NCBI GenBank assembly: GCA_964230645.1
Contig: CAXRHT010000003.1
Coordinates: 448,001 to 512,000, forward strand
Reading direction: 5' to 3'
DNA: 64,000 nt
Origin: Bdellovibrionales bacterium
GTDB lineage: Bacteria > Bdellovibrionota > Bdellovibrionia > Bdellovibrionales > JAGQZY01
Each line of letters opens with the position of its first letter. Position 1 is the stretch's first letter. Shown here piece after piece: positions 38,330 to 49,400 of the stretch. The position numbers were made by a program, and so were the translations under genes. The notes under the pieces were generated by a model. It worked only from the letters and a program-made list of their open reading frames with translations. It made no database searches and was not told the DNA's origin.

Positions 38330-38868
38330 GAGTGATCGCTGGTAAATATGGAGGCCGAAAGCTTGTCTCTTTTAGAGCGGATCATATAAGACCCACCACC
38401 GACCGGGTGAAAGAGGCAATTTTTAGCAAAATCCAGTTTGAAATCGCCGGAGCCGAAGTTCTTGACCTTTTTTCGGGTACGGGGAGCCTCGCGTTTGAAG
38501 CTCTCTCAAGAGGCGCGATTCATGTGGACGCTGTTGAGATGAGCTCAAAGTCTGTTCAAATTATTAATAAGAACAGAAAATCTCTCGGTATAGGCGATGA
38601 ACTCAAAATTTTTTCAACCGATGTCTTAAAGTTCTTAAAAACCTGTAAGAAAAGTTACGACTATATTTTTGTCGATCCTCCGTTCACAAAAAAAATGGCA
38701 TCTGAAGTCATGCAAACTCTTTCAGAAGTGAATACTTTCGAAAAGGGCTGCGAACTTTTTATAGAATCCTCAAGTCACGAAGAAATGAAAGACACCTACG
38801 GAAGTTGGGAAGCTAAGTCCCAAAAAAGCTACGGCGACAAGTGGCTCTCCCATTTTATAAAAAAATAA
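38326..38868 (+). CDS. rsmD: 16S rRNA (guanine(966)-N2)-methyltransferase
   Basis: MRVIAGKYGGR, RPTTDRVKEAIF, LDLFSGTG and FVDPPF motifs. Confidence 0.93.
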   Translation: MRVIAGKYGGRKLVSFRADHIRPTTDRVKEAIFSKIQFEIAGAEVLDLFSGTGSLAFEALSRGAIHVDAVEMSSKSVQIINKNRKSLGIGDELKIFSTDVLKFLKTCKKSYDYIFVDPPFTKKMASEVMQTLSEVNTFEKGCELFIESSSHEEMKDTYGSWEAKSQKSYGDKWLSHFIKK

Positions 38869-38889
38869 GTTATAGATAGAGTATGCAAG

Positions 38890-39108
38890 CGAACCACTGT
38901 CGCTGTCGTGGAGAATTTCGGACCCTTGGGGCCGAAGCACGCACCCGGGTGCATTTCGTCTCCCGGATTGCACCACTTCGTGGCGCAACCCAAGATACGC
39001 AACGGGCCACGGCATGCTTTTGCTGTACAGCTAAAGCATGTGGCCGTCTCGTTGCTCGAGCTTCGACCCCAAGGGTTCGAAATTCTCCGCGGCAGCGACA
39101 GTGGTTCG
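38890..39108 (+). other. GC-rich 219-nt structured element (52-bp terminal inverted repeat with nested hairpins): candidate ncRNA or MITE
   Basis: Arms 38890-38941 and 39057-39108 pair at 47/52 Watson-Crick positions plus 3 G-U; internal stems GCAACG/CGTTGC, GGCCAC/GTGGCC, CATGCTTT/AAAGCATG and TTGCACCAC/GTGGCGCAA. Confidence 0.6.
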
Positions 39109-39133
39109 GAAACTATATATATAAGGGGTCCTC

Positions 39134-40330
39134 ATGCTTTCTAAAAGAATGTCCGAATTAAAACCTTCTCCAACTCTGGCTCTTGCGGCTAAAGCCAAGA
39201 AACTTATGAGTGAAGGGCATGATGTTATTTCTCTCACAGTGGGTGAGCCGGACTGGACGACTTATGACAAAGCCAAAGAAGCGGGTAAGAAGGCCATTGA
39301 TGAGAATAAAACTACTTATACGCCAGCCTCTGGAATTGGTGAGCTGAAAGAGCAAGTTGCGGGTTTAATTGGGCCTCAAATTGGTCGCGATGTGAAGCCT
39401 TCGGAAGTGACTGTTGGATCTGGGGCTAAGTTTATTATTTATGCTGCACTAGCAGCGATTTTAGATCCGGATGAGGAAGTGATTGTTCCCTCGCCTTATT
39501 GGGTGAGTTATCCGACAATGGTCGAGCTGGCTGGTGGGAAACCTAACATTGTGACTTGCGGAGGAGAGACGGATTTTAAATTAACTCCTGCCCTTTTGGA
39601 AAAAGCCATCACTCCAAAAACGAAAGCTCTTTTGTTGAACTCTCCGAGTAATCCAACTGGGGCTGAGTACTCTAAGGCTGAGCTTGCTGATATTGCTAAG
39701 GTTTTAAAAAACTATCCCAATATCGTGATCATTAGTGATGATATTTATAACCAACTTTCTTTCTGTAAAGAAGCCTTAAGTCCTCACATCCTTAATGTTG
39801 AACCCACATTTTTTGATCGCACCATTTGTATTAATGGAATGTCGAAAGCTTACGCTATGACCGGTTGGAGAATCGGTTGGGCTGTGGGCCCAGAAGAAGT
39901 GATTAAAGCAATGGCTAGTTTTCAGTCGCAAACTACGGGGGCTCCATGTTCTATCTCTCAGTGGGCTTCGGTCACCGCGATCAAAGACTGTCATAACCGA
40001 GTGGAAGATGCACTGACAGCACTTAAAGAAAGAAAAGCTGATTTTGTGGGGCAGCTTGAGTCTGTACCAGGTATGAAACCCTTTGATCCGCAAGGGGCTT
40101 TTTATCTTTGGGTGAACGTGGAAGAATGGCTTGGAAAATCCTACGGGTCAGAAAAGTTATCGGACTCCCGTCAAATTGCCGCCTTCTTACTAGAAAATGA
40201 AATGTTGGCTGTTGTTCCCGGTATTGAGTTTGGACTCGAGGGTTATTTGCGCTTAAGTTTTGCGGCAAGCCCTAAGGACCTTAAGCGAGCCACTGAGCGC
40301 TTTAAATCCTTTCAGTCCTCTCTTTCTTAA
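39134..40330 (+). CDS. aspC: PLP-dependent class I/II aminotransferase (aspartate aminotransferase-like)
   Basis: VGEPD, NSPSNPTG, SDDIY, SKAYAMTGWRIG and YLRLSFA motifs. Confidence 0.88.
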   Translation: MLSKRMSELKPSPTLALAAKAKKLMSEGHDVISLTVGEPDWTTYDKAKEAGKKAIDENKTTYTPASGIGELKEQVAGLIGPQIGRDVKPSEVTVGSGAKFIIYAALAAILDPDEEVIVPSPYWVSYPTMVELAGGKPNIVTCGGETDFKLTPALLEKAITPKTKALLLNSPSNPTGAEYSKAELADIAKVLKNYPNIVIISDDIYNQLSFCKEALSPHILNVEPTFFDRTICINGMSKAYAMTGWRIGWAVGPEEVIKAMASFQSQTTGAPCSISQWASVTAIKDCHNRVEDALTALKERKADFVGQLESVPGMKPFDPQGAFYLWVNVEEWLGKSYGSEKLSDSRQIAAFLLENEMLAVVPGIEFGLEGYLRLSFAASPKDLKRATERFKSFQSSLS

Positions 40331-40449
40331 AAATTTGATCCGGACCAAGACCATGGTCCTAGTCTGGTCAAAAAAACTCTCAGAGACTAAAGTCAGTTTA
40401 CATAGACATGATGCATCATATCCCCTAAACTATTTAAAGTAGAGGGGTA

Positions 40450-41106
40450 ATGACTGTGTCCATTTGGATTTTAATACAAATCGTAGTGAATATATTTTTG
40501 GTGGGTGGTGTTTCCATTTGTCTTGTTCGAGTGTTCAGAAACCAAGAAGACGATTCAAGACTCACTCAAGGATTAAGACTTTTACAAAGTAAGATTTCGA
40601 TCTTAGAAGATCTTTCCGATCACACCGAAAACCAAGTAAAACAGTTAATGACCTTACTTGATAAAAAATTAGTGGACGTTAGAGGCACACTCCAACAGGT
40701 CGATGCCTATATGGGTGAGGTGGACCGCTCTATTGAAAAAGGTCGCAAGATGGCCGAAGAAATTCAAAACGAAATCGCTCACGACCAGATTGTTGAAAAA
40801 AAATTAGAGAATAAATACATTCAAGCCGCACAACTAGCGCACCAAGGGCGGACAGTCGATGAGATCGTTCAGGCTCTAAATCTTCCCAAGGCGGAAGTGG
40901 AATTGATCACAAAAATTAATAAAAAGAAATGTGTTTACGATACCAAGCAAAACAACATTAGCGAGAAACTCTTTTCACAGAGTTTAGAAATGCCAAAAAT
41001 TCAATCCTCTGGACAGGCGGAGCTGGATTTTAAAGAAGCGATCAGCCAGCACGAAGAGCGTCAAAATGCTCGCACCAGTGGATTTCATTCTATAAAACTG
41101 GGGTGA
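40450..41106 (+). CDS. membrane-anchored coiled-coil protein, DUF2802-like
   Basis: N-terminal TM helix, coiled coil, and motif YIQAAQLAHQG..DEIV..LNLPKAEVELI. Confidence 0.65.
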   Translation: MTVSIWILIQIVVNIFLVGGVSICLVRVFRNQEDDSRLTQGLRLLQSKISILEDLSDHTENQVKQLMTLLDKKLVDVRGTLQQVDAYMGEVDRSIEKGRKMAEEIQNEIAHDQIVEKKLENKYIQAAQLAHQGRTVDEIVQALNLPKAEVELITKINKKKCVYDTKQNNISEKLFSQSLEMPKIQSSGQAELDFKEAISQHEERQNARTSGFHSIKLG

Positions 41107-41110
41107 GTGG

Positions 41111-41329
41111 GTGCTGGTTAAAGGGCAGTTTATTAAAGCTAAATTAATCGAAGCGGTTGAGGAAAATCGCTGGATCGTTAGTTTTGAAGGTGATCTCTTG
41201 CAAGTGCAGAATTCCACTCCCATTGTTTTTGAGGAAGGGAAGACGCTGACCCTTAAGGTGCAGTCGCTAAATCCATTCAAACTTCAAGTCGTTTCCAAAG
41301 CTCGAACCTCATTTGATCGAACAGTGTAA
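41111..41329 (+). CDS. small hypothetical protein (OB-fold-like)
   Basis: 72-aa ORF immediately downstream of the previous gene. Confidence 0.5.
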   Translation: MLVKGQFIKAKLIEAVEENRWIVSFEGDLLQVQNSTPIVFEEGKTLTLKVQSLNPFKLQVVSKARTSFDRTV

Positions 41330-41448
41330 TTGCTTCTCACCTTTTTTCATCAAAAAGAGCTTTTTGTCTCTGTTTTGTTAGAAATGGATCAACAATGAGA
41401 AAAGTCTAAGCCTTTATGGTAAAACCCATTTTCTATTGAGGGTGTTGC

Positions 41449-43131
41449 ATGGGGCGCGTGATTTTATTGTTAGCGATGACTGTCTTTCCCGTATTTGGTT
41501 TCGGCCAGACCGGAATCTTGCAGTGGACGGATGCCCATTCCACTTTGGAGACTTTCACCCGTCAAATGGCCGCTATTGATAGTGTTGCCCAAGATTACTA
41601 CCAACGAAATCCTCAAGGTGAGTTTATCATTCATGTAATTGGTGACTTCACTTCGATCACCCCTTTGAGTTCAGAAGATGCTGGATGGTCTTTTTTTCGT
41701 GGATTACGTCTTTTAAAAGAGCGCGGGCACCGGGTGATATTTACCCCTGGCAATCACGATGCCTTTGATTGGTCAGTCAAAGTGGACGGAGCCAAACTTT
41801 TTGAAGAGCAAATGCTTTTTTTGCACCAGACGGGAATAGAAGTGGTGGTTGGTAACCTAAAGGGAGTAAACCCGCAACTTTCCGAGGTGATCAAACCCTT
41901 TGTGAAACTAGAAAACTTTGAAGCACCCACTTTTTTGTTCGGTTTAACTCTGCCAAACTTAATGACCAAATCCAATTTGAATGAAAACTCAGCTCGCACA
42001 ATTTTTTCAGGCCTCATGTCTTACGAAGAATCTATTGAGATGATTCTTGCGGAAAGCAAAAAGCTTGGAGCGGAAAACATAATTCTTGGTGTACATGATG
42101 GTCATGTACGATTGGAGAAAAAAGTCACTGACTTAAAGCAGTCCATGGCCGAAAAAGATTTGAGCATAAAAATTCCTTTAGCCATGGGCGCTCACGATCA
42201 TCAAAGTGTGTCACGAGTACAAGGTGGCACTCATTTTTCTAACAGTGGCTCTCACGGTTCTTTTAGTTTTATTGAACTTAGCCCGCAAGCAGAAGTGAAA
42301 CCAGAGCGGCTCGTTCATATTCGTTTCCAACAGGCGACGGGACGAGAAATGGACTGGAGTCTTTTTGAAGTGGGTGAGGTTGTCGAAAACGATATCACGC
42401 AAGCGGACATTAAAGAGGTGTCGTGGCTTAATGAGTTTGATCGTGAACTCAGTGAGATGATATCAGAGCGAAAGAAAGTTTTATTACAAGAATTAGCTCA
42501 TCTCACCTTCAGTATTCCAGAAGACAAAATGGATATGAAAAAAGGAGTGACTCGGCTTGGAACTCTCATTGCTGATTCCATGGTGCAGTGGGGGGAGTCT
42601 CTCAAATCTCTCGAGCAAAAAGACATTCCTGTTCTGGCTATGACTAATTCTAGTTCCTATAAATTAGAAGAGTCGATTGAAGAGGGTCCGTTAACAGAGA
42701 TGACTCTTCGACAAATGTATCCTTTTTTAAACGAAGCGAGTCTGCATCTTCTAGATGGACACAGCATTGAAATTCTATTTTTAAGTTTGAGGCAATTTTA
42801 TTCCCAATCCAATCCTGAACTTTATAGCCCCCAGATCAGTTCTCTTTTACGAGAGTCTGAAACGGGTGGCCTGCAAGTCCGCTCTAGAAATGGGTTGTGG
42901 GAGAATATTGATCCCAACCGCGAGTATTTTTTAGTGATAGACGGATGGCTTTCTGATCATCGTTTTGGACAGAGTTACCGTATCGATAGTTGGCTAGAGA
43001 TCTTTCAGAATCATGAGCCCCTGGCACAACTTTCTCATCAAGAGATATTGGTGCGCGAGTTTCCTGGTGTGATCACCGCTCACCAACAGGAAATAAATCC
43101 AAAAACACTAACATGCCGTCGAGTTTTCTAA
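41449..43131 (+). CDS. secreted metallophosphoesterase / 5'-nucleotidase family protein
   Basis: Signal peptide; calcineurin-like motifs WTDAHS, GDF, GNHDAFD, GVHDG and GAHDH; C-terminal YPFLN domain. Confidence 0.8.
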   Translation: MGRVILLLAMTVFPVFGFGQTGILQWTDAHSTLETFTRQMAAIDSVAQDYYQRNPQGEFIIHVIGDFTSITPLSSEDAGWSFFRGLRLLKERGHRVIFTPGNHDAFDWSVKVDGAKLFEEQMLFLHQTGIEVVVGNLKGVNPQLSEVIKPFVKLENFEAPTFLFGLTLPNLMTKSNLNENSARTIFSGLMSYEESIEMILAESKKLGAENIILGVHDGHVRLEKKVTDLKQSMAEKDLSIKIPLAMGAHDHQSVSRVQGGTHFSNSGSHGSFSFIELSPQAEVKPERLVHIRFQQATGREMDWSLFEVGEVVENDITQADIKEVSWLNEFDRELSEMISERKKVLLQELAHLTFSIPEDKMDMKKGVTRLGTLIADSMVQWGESLKSLEQKDIPVLAMTNSSSYKLEESIEEGPLTEMTLRQMYPFLNEASLHLLDGHSIEILFLSLRQFYSQSNPELYSPQISSLLRESETGGLQVRSRNGLWENIDPNREYFLVIDGWLSDHRFGQSYRIDSWLEIFQNHEPLAQLSHQEILVREFPGVITAHQQEINPKTLTCRRVF

Positions 43132-43279
43132 AGCCTTTATAAGCTGTTTCAGATCGAATCAAAAAAGCCATTCGGGTACAGTGGTCTTGAACTGTCAAAA
43201 TCATGACTCACTCTGAAACAAACCTTTTTGTGATTTCTTAAAATTTTGTAAAAAAATCAGTCTTTTAAAGCGATATTAC

Positions 43280-43307
43280 TAAACTAAGACCCTAATTAAG
43301 CCGATAG
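43280..43307 (+). promoter_or_regulatory. possible sigma28 promoter upstream of the giant gene
   Basis: TAAA-N16-GCCGATAG; spacer is 1 nt longer than consensus. Confidence 0.45.
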
Positions 43308-43409
43308 GCTAGTCAAAGGTTCAACACGCATAAGGTTTAAATTATCAACAGGAGGGGAAACCTTTTAAAAAAACGGGTGTAAAATAAAGGGGATAGAGTA
43401 GAGGAGTAT

Positions 43410-46400
43410 TTGATACTACGCTTAAGTTTGGCGAAAGCCCGTAATTTTATACTGAGCTGTTTAACTGTGCCGTTCATGGTGGCTTGTATTGCCGATATCA
43501 ATGAACCGCTGAGCAGTAATAATGGGCTACTTGTATTTTCAACATCCACTTCTCCCAGTGATCAAATCAATCAACTCGATTTCGGCGCTACAGCTGCGGC
43601 TCCTGGCCGATCCTTTGAAACCATTTTTCTAATTAATACCGGTGGCAAAGCCATTGATAGTATTAAAACCACTTTAACCGAATCAGAATTTGTTTTTGAA
43701 GGTGGTAATTATCCAGGGATCGGTGGTGATTGTGCAAAAGACCTTTCGCCTGGTGAAGCTTGCTCTATCGTTTTAAGGTTTAATCCTCCAACGACCACGT
43801 CGTACACGGGTGAATTAAATATCACCTACGGTGACTCGGCTGAATTAGTGGCTGCACGCCTTGATCTTAAAGGGCAGGGGACTAATCCCGCTCTACTCAC
43901 TGTGAGTGAAACCGATCCTTACGATTATGGACAACAGCCACTGAATACTTCTGGCGAGCATGTGTTTACCATTTCCAATGTTCCTGATGGAGCGATTGCA
44001 AAAAGAATTACCGAAGTGGCACTGAACCCTCCCTATGAGCTTAAAGGCGGAGAGTGGCCAGGCCTTGGTGGAACCTGTACTGATAAACTTCTCCCAGGGA
44101 ATACCTGTTCGTTTGTTGTGACATTCACACCAACTGTTGTGGGTCCGAATTTGGGTGAAATTAACGTTCAGTATGACAACGGAATAACACAAGTCAGTGC
44201 GGACCGTGATTTAACAGGTGTAGGAGTGATCCCAGCTAACCTCGTAATCGACATGGCTCCTGTTTATGATTTTGGAACTTTAATTATATCTCAAAATGCC
44301 ACCTTTACTTTTACGGTAACAAACGCGGGTGGCCTTGATGCTACCTCAATGACAGGGGCGGGATTGGTTTTTCCTTTTAACTTCACTGGCGGATCTTATC
44401 CGGGCGCTGGTGGAGATTGTGGTACCACCCTCACTCCTTCTGCGACTTGTACGATTGAAGTGCAGTTTGCTCCAATTAATCCAGGCTCTTTTACTAGCAC
44501 ACTTGAGATTCCTTATAATAACGGCGCTGTTTTAGATACTGCCACTCGTGATATCCAAGGGGCGGCAGTGACCCCGGCTCTTCTTACCATCAGTGACGGA
44601 CCGACTCTCGATTTTGGCGTCACCGCTATTGGAAGCTCGCTGACTCATGCTTTTACTGTGACTAACTCGGGTGGTTCACAAGCCACAGCCATTCTTGATA
44701 CAGGTGCTTTAGCCGCACCCTTTGATTACTCCGGTGTGGGGTATCCTGGTATTGGAGGCGACTGTAACGTGACTCTTGCTCCGGGGGCAAGTTGTACACT
44801 AGTGCTTGAGTTTGCTCCAACAGTGGCCAACATCTATAACGATCAATTAGAAATTTCATATAATGATGGACTCAGTGGACAGCTCGCTCAAAGGGACATT
44901 CAGGGAACAGGGGTGATTCCTGCTACCTTAACAATTACGGAAACGGATCCTTACAACTATGGGTCTATCCCTACGGGTGGATTTATTACCCATACTTTCA
45001 CCGTTGCAAATACGGGTGGTTTTTCAGCTAGTAGTATAGCTGAAGTGGGGCTTGCGGCACCTTTCGAATTCTCTGGTGGAGCTTTTCCAGGAGCCGGCGG
45101 GGACTGCACAGCGACTTTACTTCCTGGAGACTCTTGTACATTAGAAATTAACTTTTCACCCACAGTCACTGGATTACAACAAGATACGATCGCTCTGAAT
45201 TACTTTGATGGGGCTACCAACCAAACAGTGAATAGAGATGTTGAAGGCTCGGGTGTGACACCCGCTTCTTTGAGTATTAATGAAGCACCTCTTTTTGATT
45301 ATGGGTCTCCTGTTTTAGGGTCACAAACCGACCATACCTTCAATGTTAGTAACACTGGTGGATTCGCCGCTTCTAGTATCGTTGGCGGAGGACTTCTTCC
45401 TCCTTACGAATATAAAGACGGAAGTTATCCAGGAACGGGAGGAAGTTGTACTAATACAATTGCTGCCGGTTCTACTTGTTCGATTGTGGTGACTTATTCT
45501 CCGACCGTGGTGGGAGTTGATAATGATACTATCGAGATTGATTATTTTGACGGAGTGAACTCGCAAACCGCCACTCGCGATATAACTGGAACGGGTGTGG
45601 TTCCAGCCTTTCTGACTTTAACAGAAGCGCCACTTTATGATTACGGAACAAGAGCTGTGGGTTCAAGCAATCTTCATATTTTCACAGTCAATAACGTGGG
45701 GGGTGCTCCTGCGACAAGCCTTGCTGAAATTGGCCTAGCCGCTCCCTATCAGTTTGTTGGAAGCGCTTATCCAGGAACCGGTGGGGATTGTGGTACCACC
45801 CTCGGTGCTGGCGCAAGCTGTACTCTCTATATTGAGTTTGCACCCACTGTGATTGGAAATTACAACGATCAAATACAGCTTGATTATTTTGATGGTGCAG
45901 CTTTGCAACAAGTCACTCGTGATGTAACGGGGAATGGAGCCGCTCCCGCGAGTCTTTCGATTTCAGAGGCACCGACTTATGATTTTGGAAATGTTGCAAT
46001 TGGTGGGCAAGACACACACTCTTTGGTTATTACAAATAGTGGTGGAGTTCCCGCGGTTTCACTCTCTGGTTCCACACTGACGCTTCCCTTTGATTATGAA
46101 GGCAGTACTTATCCTGGATTGAGTGGTGATTGTACTGCTACTTTGGCTCCGGGTGCCACCTGTAGTATTTCCCTAAGTTTTTCTCCGACGGCATTAACAA
46201 CATCCAATGACACTTTCACTTTGAGTTATAACGATGGTGTAGGTGGTCAAAGCGTTCCTCGCGATGTCACGGGCACGGGGGTGAACCCTGCGCAATTAGC
46301 GATCGATCAGGGACCGACTTTTGATTACGGGACTCTAGCCACTGGAAGTGCCCAGGTAAATCTGTTTACAGTTTCAAACTCTGGTGATGTCACAGCCAAT

Positions 46401-49400
46401 AATATAGCTGTCGTGAATCCTCTCGGTCTTCCTTTTCAGTATGAGGGGGGAACTTATCCAGGAACGTCAGGAAATTGTGGAACAAGTCTTGCCTCCGGTG
46501 CCACTTGTAGTATTGCCGTTGAATATGCACCTACGGCCACAGGCAGTCACTCGGATACGATCGATATTCAGTATGATAATGGTGCCATTGTTACAAATAC
46601 GACAAGAGATGTGCAAGGGAATGGGGTTAATCCGGCACTACTAGTGATCGATCAGTCTCCTCTTTACAATTTTGGTTCCGTTCCAACAGGAGCCACTCGT
46701 ACATTTATTTTCACAATGACTAATACCGGAAGCTTTTTAGCCAGTGGGCTTTCAGGAGCGGGTCTAACTCCACCGTTCACCTATTCCGGTGGCTCCTTCC
46801 CTGGTACTGGTGGGGATTGCGCGGCTACTTTGGCGGCGAGTAGTAGTTGTCAGATCGAAGTGCTTTATTCACCGACGAATGTTGCTACCCACACAGCGAC
46901 TATGGATGTGAACTATTTTGATGGAGCCAATAATCAAAATAGTCTGCGGGATTTACAAGGAACAGGAGTGGCTCCAGCACTCCTAGAAATTTCTAATGCT
47001 CCAAGCTTTAACTTTGGAACAGTAGCAACCGGTTCTATTAACACCCAAGTACTAACCGTGAGTAACTCTGGTGGGTTTCAAGCCACTGCGATTGCTGATA
47101 ATCTGGGGCTCGCAGCTCCATTTAGTTTTTCAGGGGGAACATTCCCTGGAGTCGGTGGAGATTGTGCGGCCACACTTGCTGCTGGAAGTACATGTCTTAT
47201 TGAAGTTAGTTATAACCCCGTTGCACCAGCTTCTGATAGCGACACCATCGATATTGCCTACAATAACGGAGTCTCTGCTCAAAACGCTCTAAGAGATTTA
47301 TTAGGTGTGGCTGTGAACCCCGCCGTCATTGATATTACGGAAACAGATCCCTATGACTTCGGTACAATAGCGACAGGTGGAATTCGCACTCATATTTTTA
47401 CATTATCAAATTCCGGTGGAATCACTGCTACGGGAGTAGCAGAAGTTGGACTGGCGGCTCCTTTTGCTTTTACGGGCGGAGCTTTTCCTGGAACCAACGG
47501 AGATTGTACTAGTAGTATCGCCAACGGTGCTTCTTGTGATATCGAGATTGCCTACCAGCCGACTGTGACCGGGACGCAAACAGACTCAATTGAAATTCAG
47601 TACAATGATGGCTCAGGAAGTGTAAGCTCACTAAGACAAATTCAAGGAACGGGTGCTGCCCCAGCTTCCATTACAATCACCGAAACCGATCCTTATGATT
47701 ATGGAACTTTGGCTCAAGGGGGCTCAGCCACTCATACCTTTACTCTTACCAACGCGGGTGGTGTTGATGCCACAGTGATGAGTGGTGGAGGATTAGGAGC
47801 TCCTTTTAGTTTCACTGGTGGTTCCTACCCAGGTGCCGGTGGTGATTGTGGAGCGACCCTTGTTCCCGCTGCAACTTGTTTGATCGAAGTGCAATTTGCA
47901 CCGACCACCGCTGCTGTTTTTAACGACACGATTGATATCAATTATTTTGATGGGGCTAACAACGTCACTTCCGCTCGTGATATCACGGGAACTGGTGCAG
48001 CTCCCGCTCTTCTAACGATCAGTGAATCCAATCCCTATAACTTTGGACTCATCGCCAATGGCGGAAGTGTCTCCCATAGTTTTACAATTTCAAATGCCGG
48101 TGGTGTTCCAGCGACGGCTGTTGCCGAGGTGGGCTTAAGTGCTCCGTTTAATTATTTAGGAGGAAGCTTCCCAGGAACCGGTGGTGATTGTGGTGCAACG
48201 ATTGGAGTGGGTGCGAGTTGTACGATTCGCGTGGCCTTTCAACCAACAGCGACCGGGGTTTTCCCAGATACCATTGATTTTACCTATAACAATGGTTCTG
48301 CGGTGGTGAATTCCACACGCGATGTTCAGGGAACAGCGACCGCTCCTGCTAGTATAGCCATTAGTGAGACCGATCCTTATAATTACGGTACAAGAGCTGT
48401 CGGTTCTGTGACCTCTCATATTTTTAGTTTAACAAACTCCGGGGGTGTTTCTGCCACGGCGATTGCCGATGCTGGTGGACTTGCCGCTCCTTTTTCCTAT
48501 GTGGGAGGAAGTTTTCCTGGAACAGGCGGGGACTGTGGAGCGACACTAGCCGCTCTAGCTAGCTGTAATATTGAAGTTATTTATAGTCCAACAGCCGCTG
48601 TTACAGACACCGATACCATCGATGTTAATTATAATGATGGAACGGGTGCTACCAACACCACAAGAGATGTGACTGGAACAGGAGCTCTACCCGCCAACCT
48701 CTCAATCACTGAAACCGATCCTTTTGATTTTGGCTCGGTCACCGTGGGCTCTAGTCAAACCCATATCTTTACCATTTCCAATGGTGGTGGTGTGGCTGCA
48801 ACGACGATCAGTGAAGTTGGTTTAGCGCCACCTTTTGCCTTTGCTGGTGGTGGAGGGTTTCCAGGAGCTGGTGGTACATGTACTGCGACCCTTGGTGCGA
48901 GTGCGTCTTGTGATGTGGTTGTTGAATTCACTCCAGCGGGTTCTGGATTTGTTTCCGATACGATCGATTTTAGCTATTTTGATGGAGTTAACACTCAAAA
49001 TGTTACTCGAAATATTCAAGCCACAGGCCTTGTGCCAGCGACCTTAAGTATTTCAGAGCTTGATCCCTATGATTACGGAACAAGGCCCACAGGAAGCATC
49101 AATCAACATGTTTTTGTTGTTACCAACACTGGTGGAACTCAGGCTTCAGGAATGGCCGGTGCGGGACTCAATGCACCTTTCCGATTTGAGGGGGGCTCTT
49201 ACCCTGGAACCTCTGGAAGTTGTGCTGCTACGTTGGCTGTTGGAGCCAGTTGTAATCTTGTTGTAGAATATGCTCCCGTGGCTGTGAGCCCTAGTGACAC
49301 AGATACCATCGACATGAACTACTTTGATGGAGCTAATTCTCAGGTCAGCTCAAGAGACCTTGTCGGAGTGGCTGTGACTCCAGCCCTACTCACTATTAGT

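Noticed and set aside
38770..39237. Short ORFs (38883-39161, 38908-39144, 38770-39015, 39031-39237) across the structured element
   Set aside because: They are by-products of a GC-rich palindrome, with no recognisable motifs (not CoaD) and overlap with flanking genes
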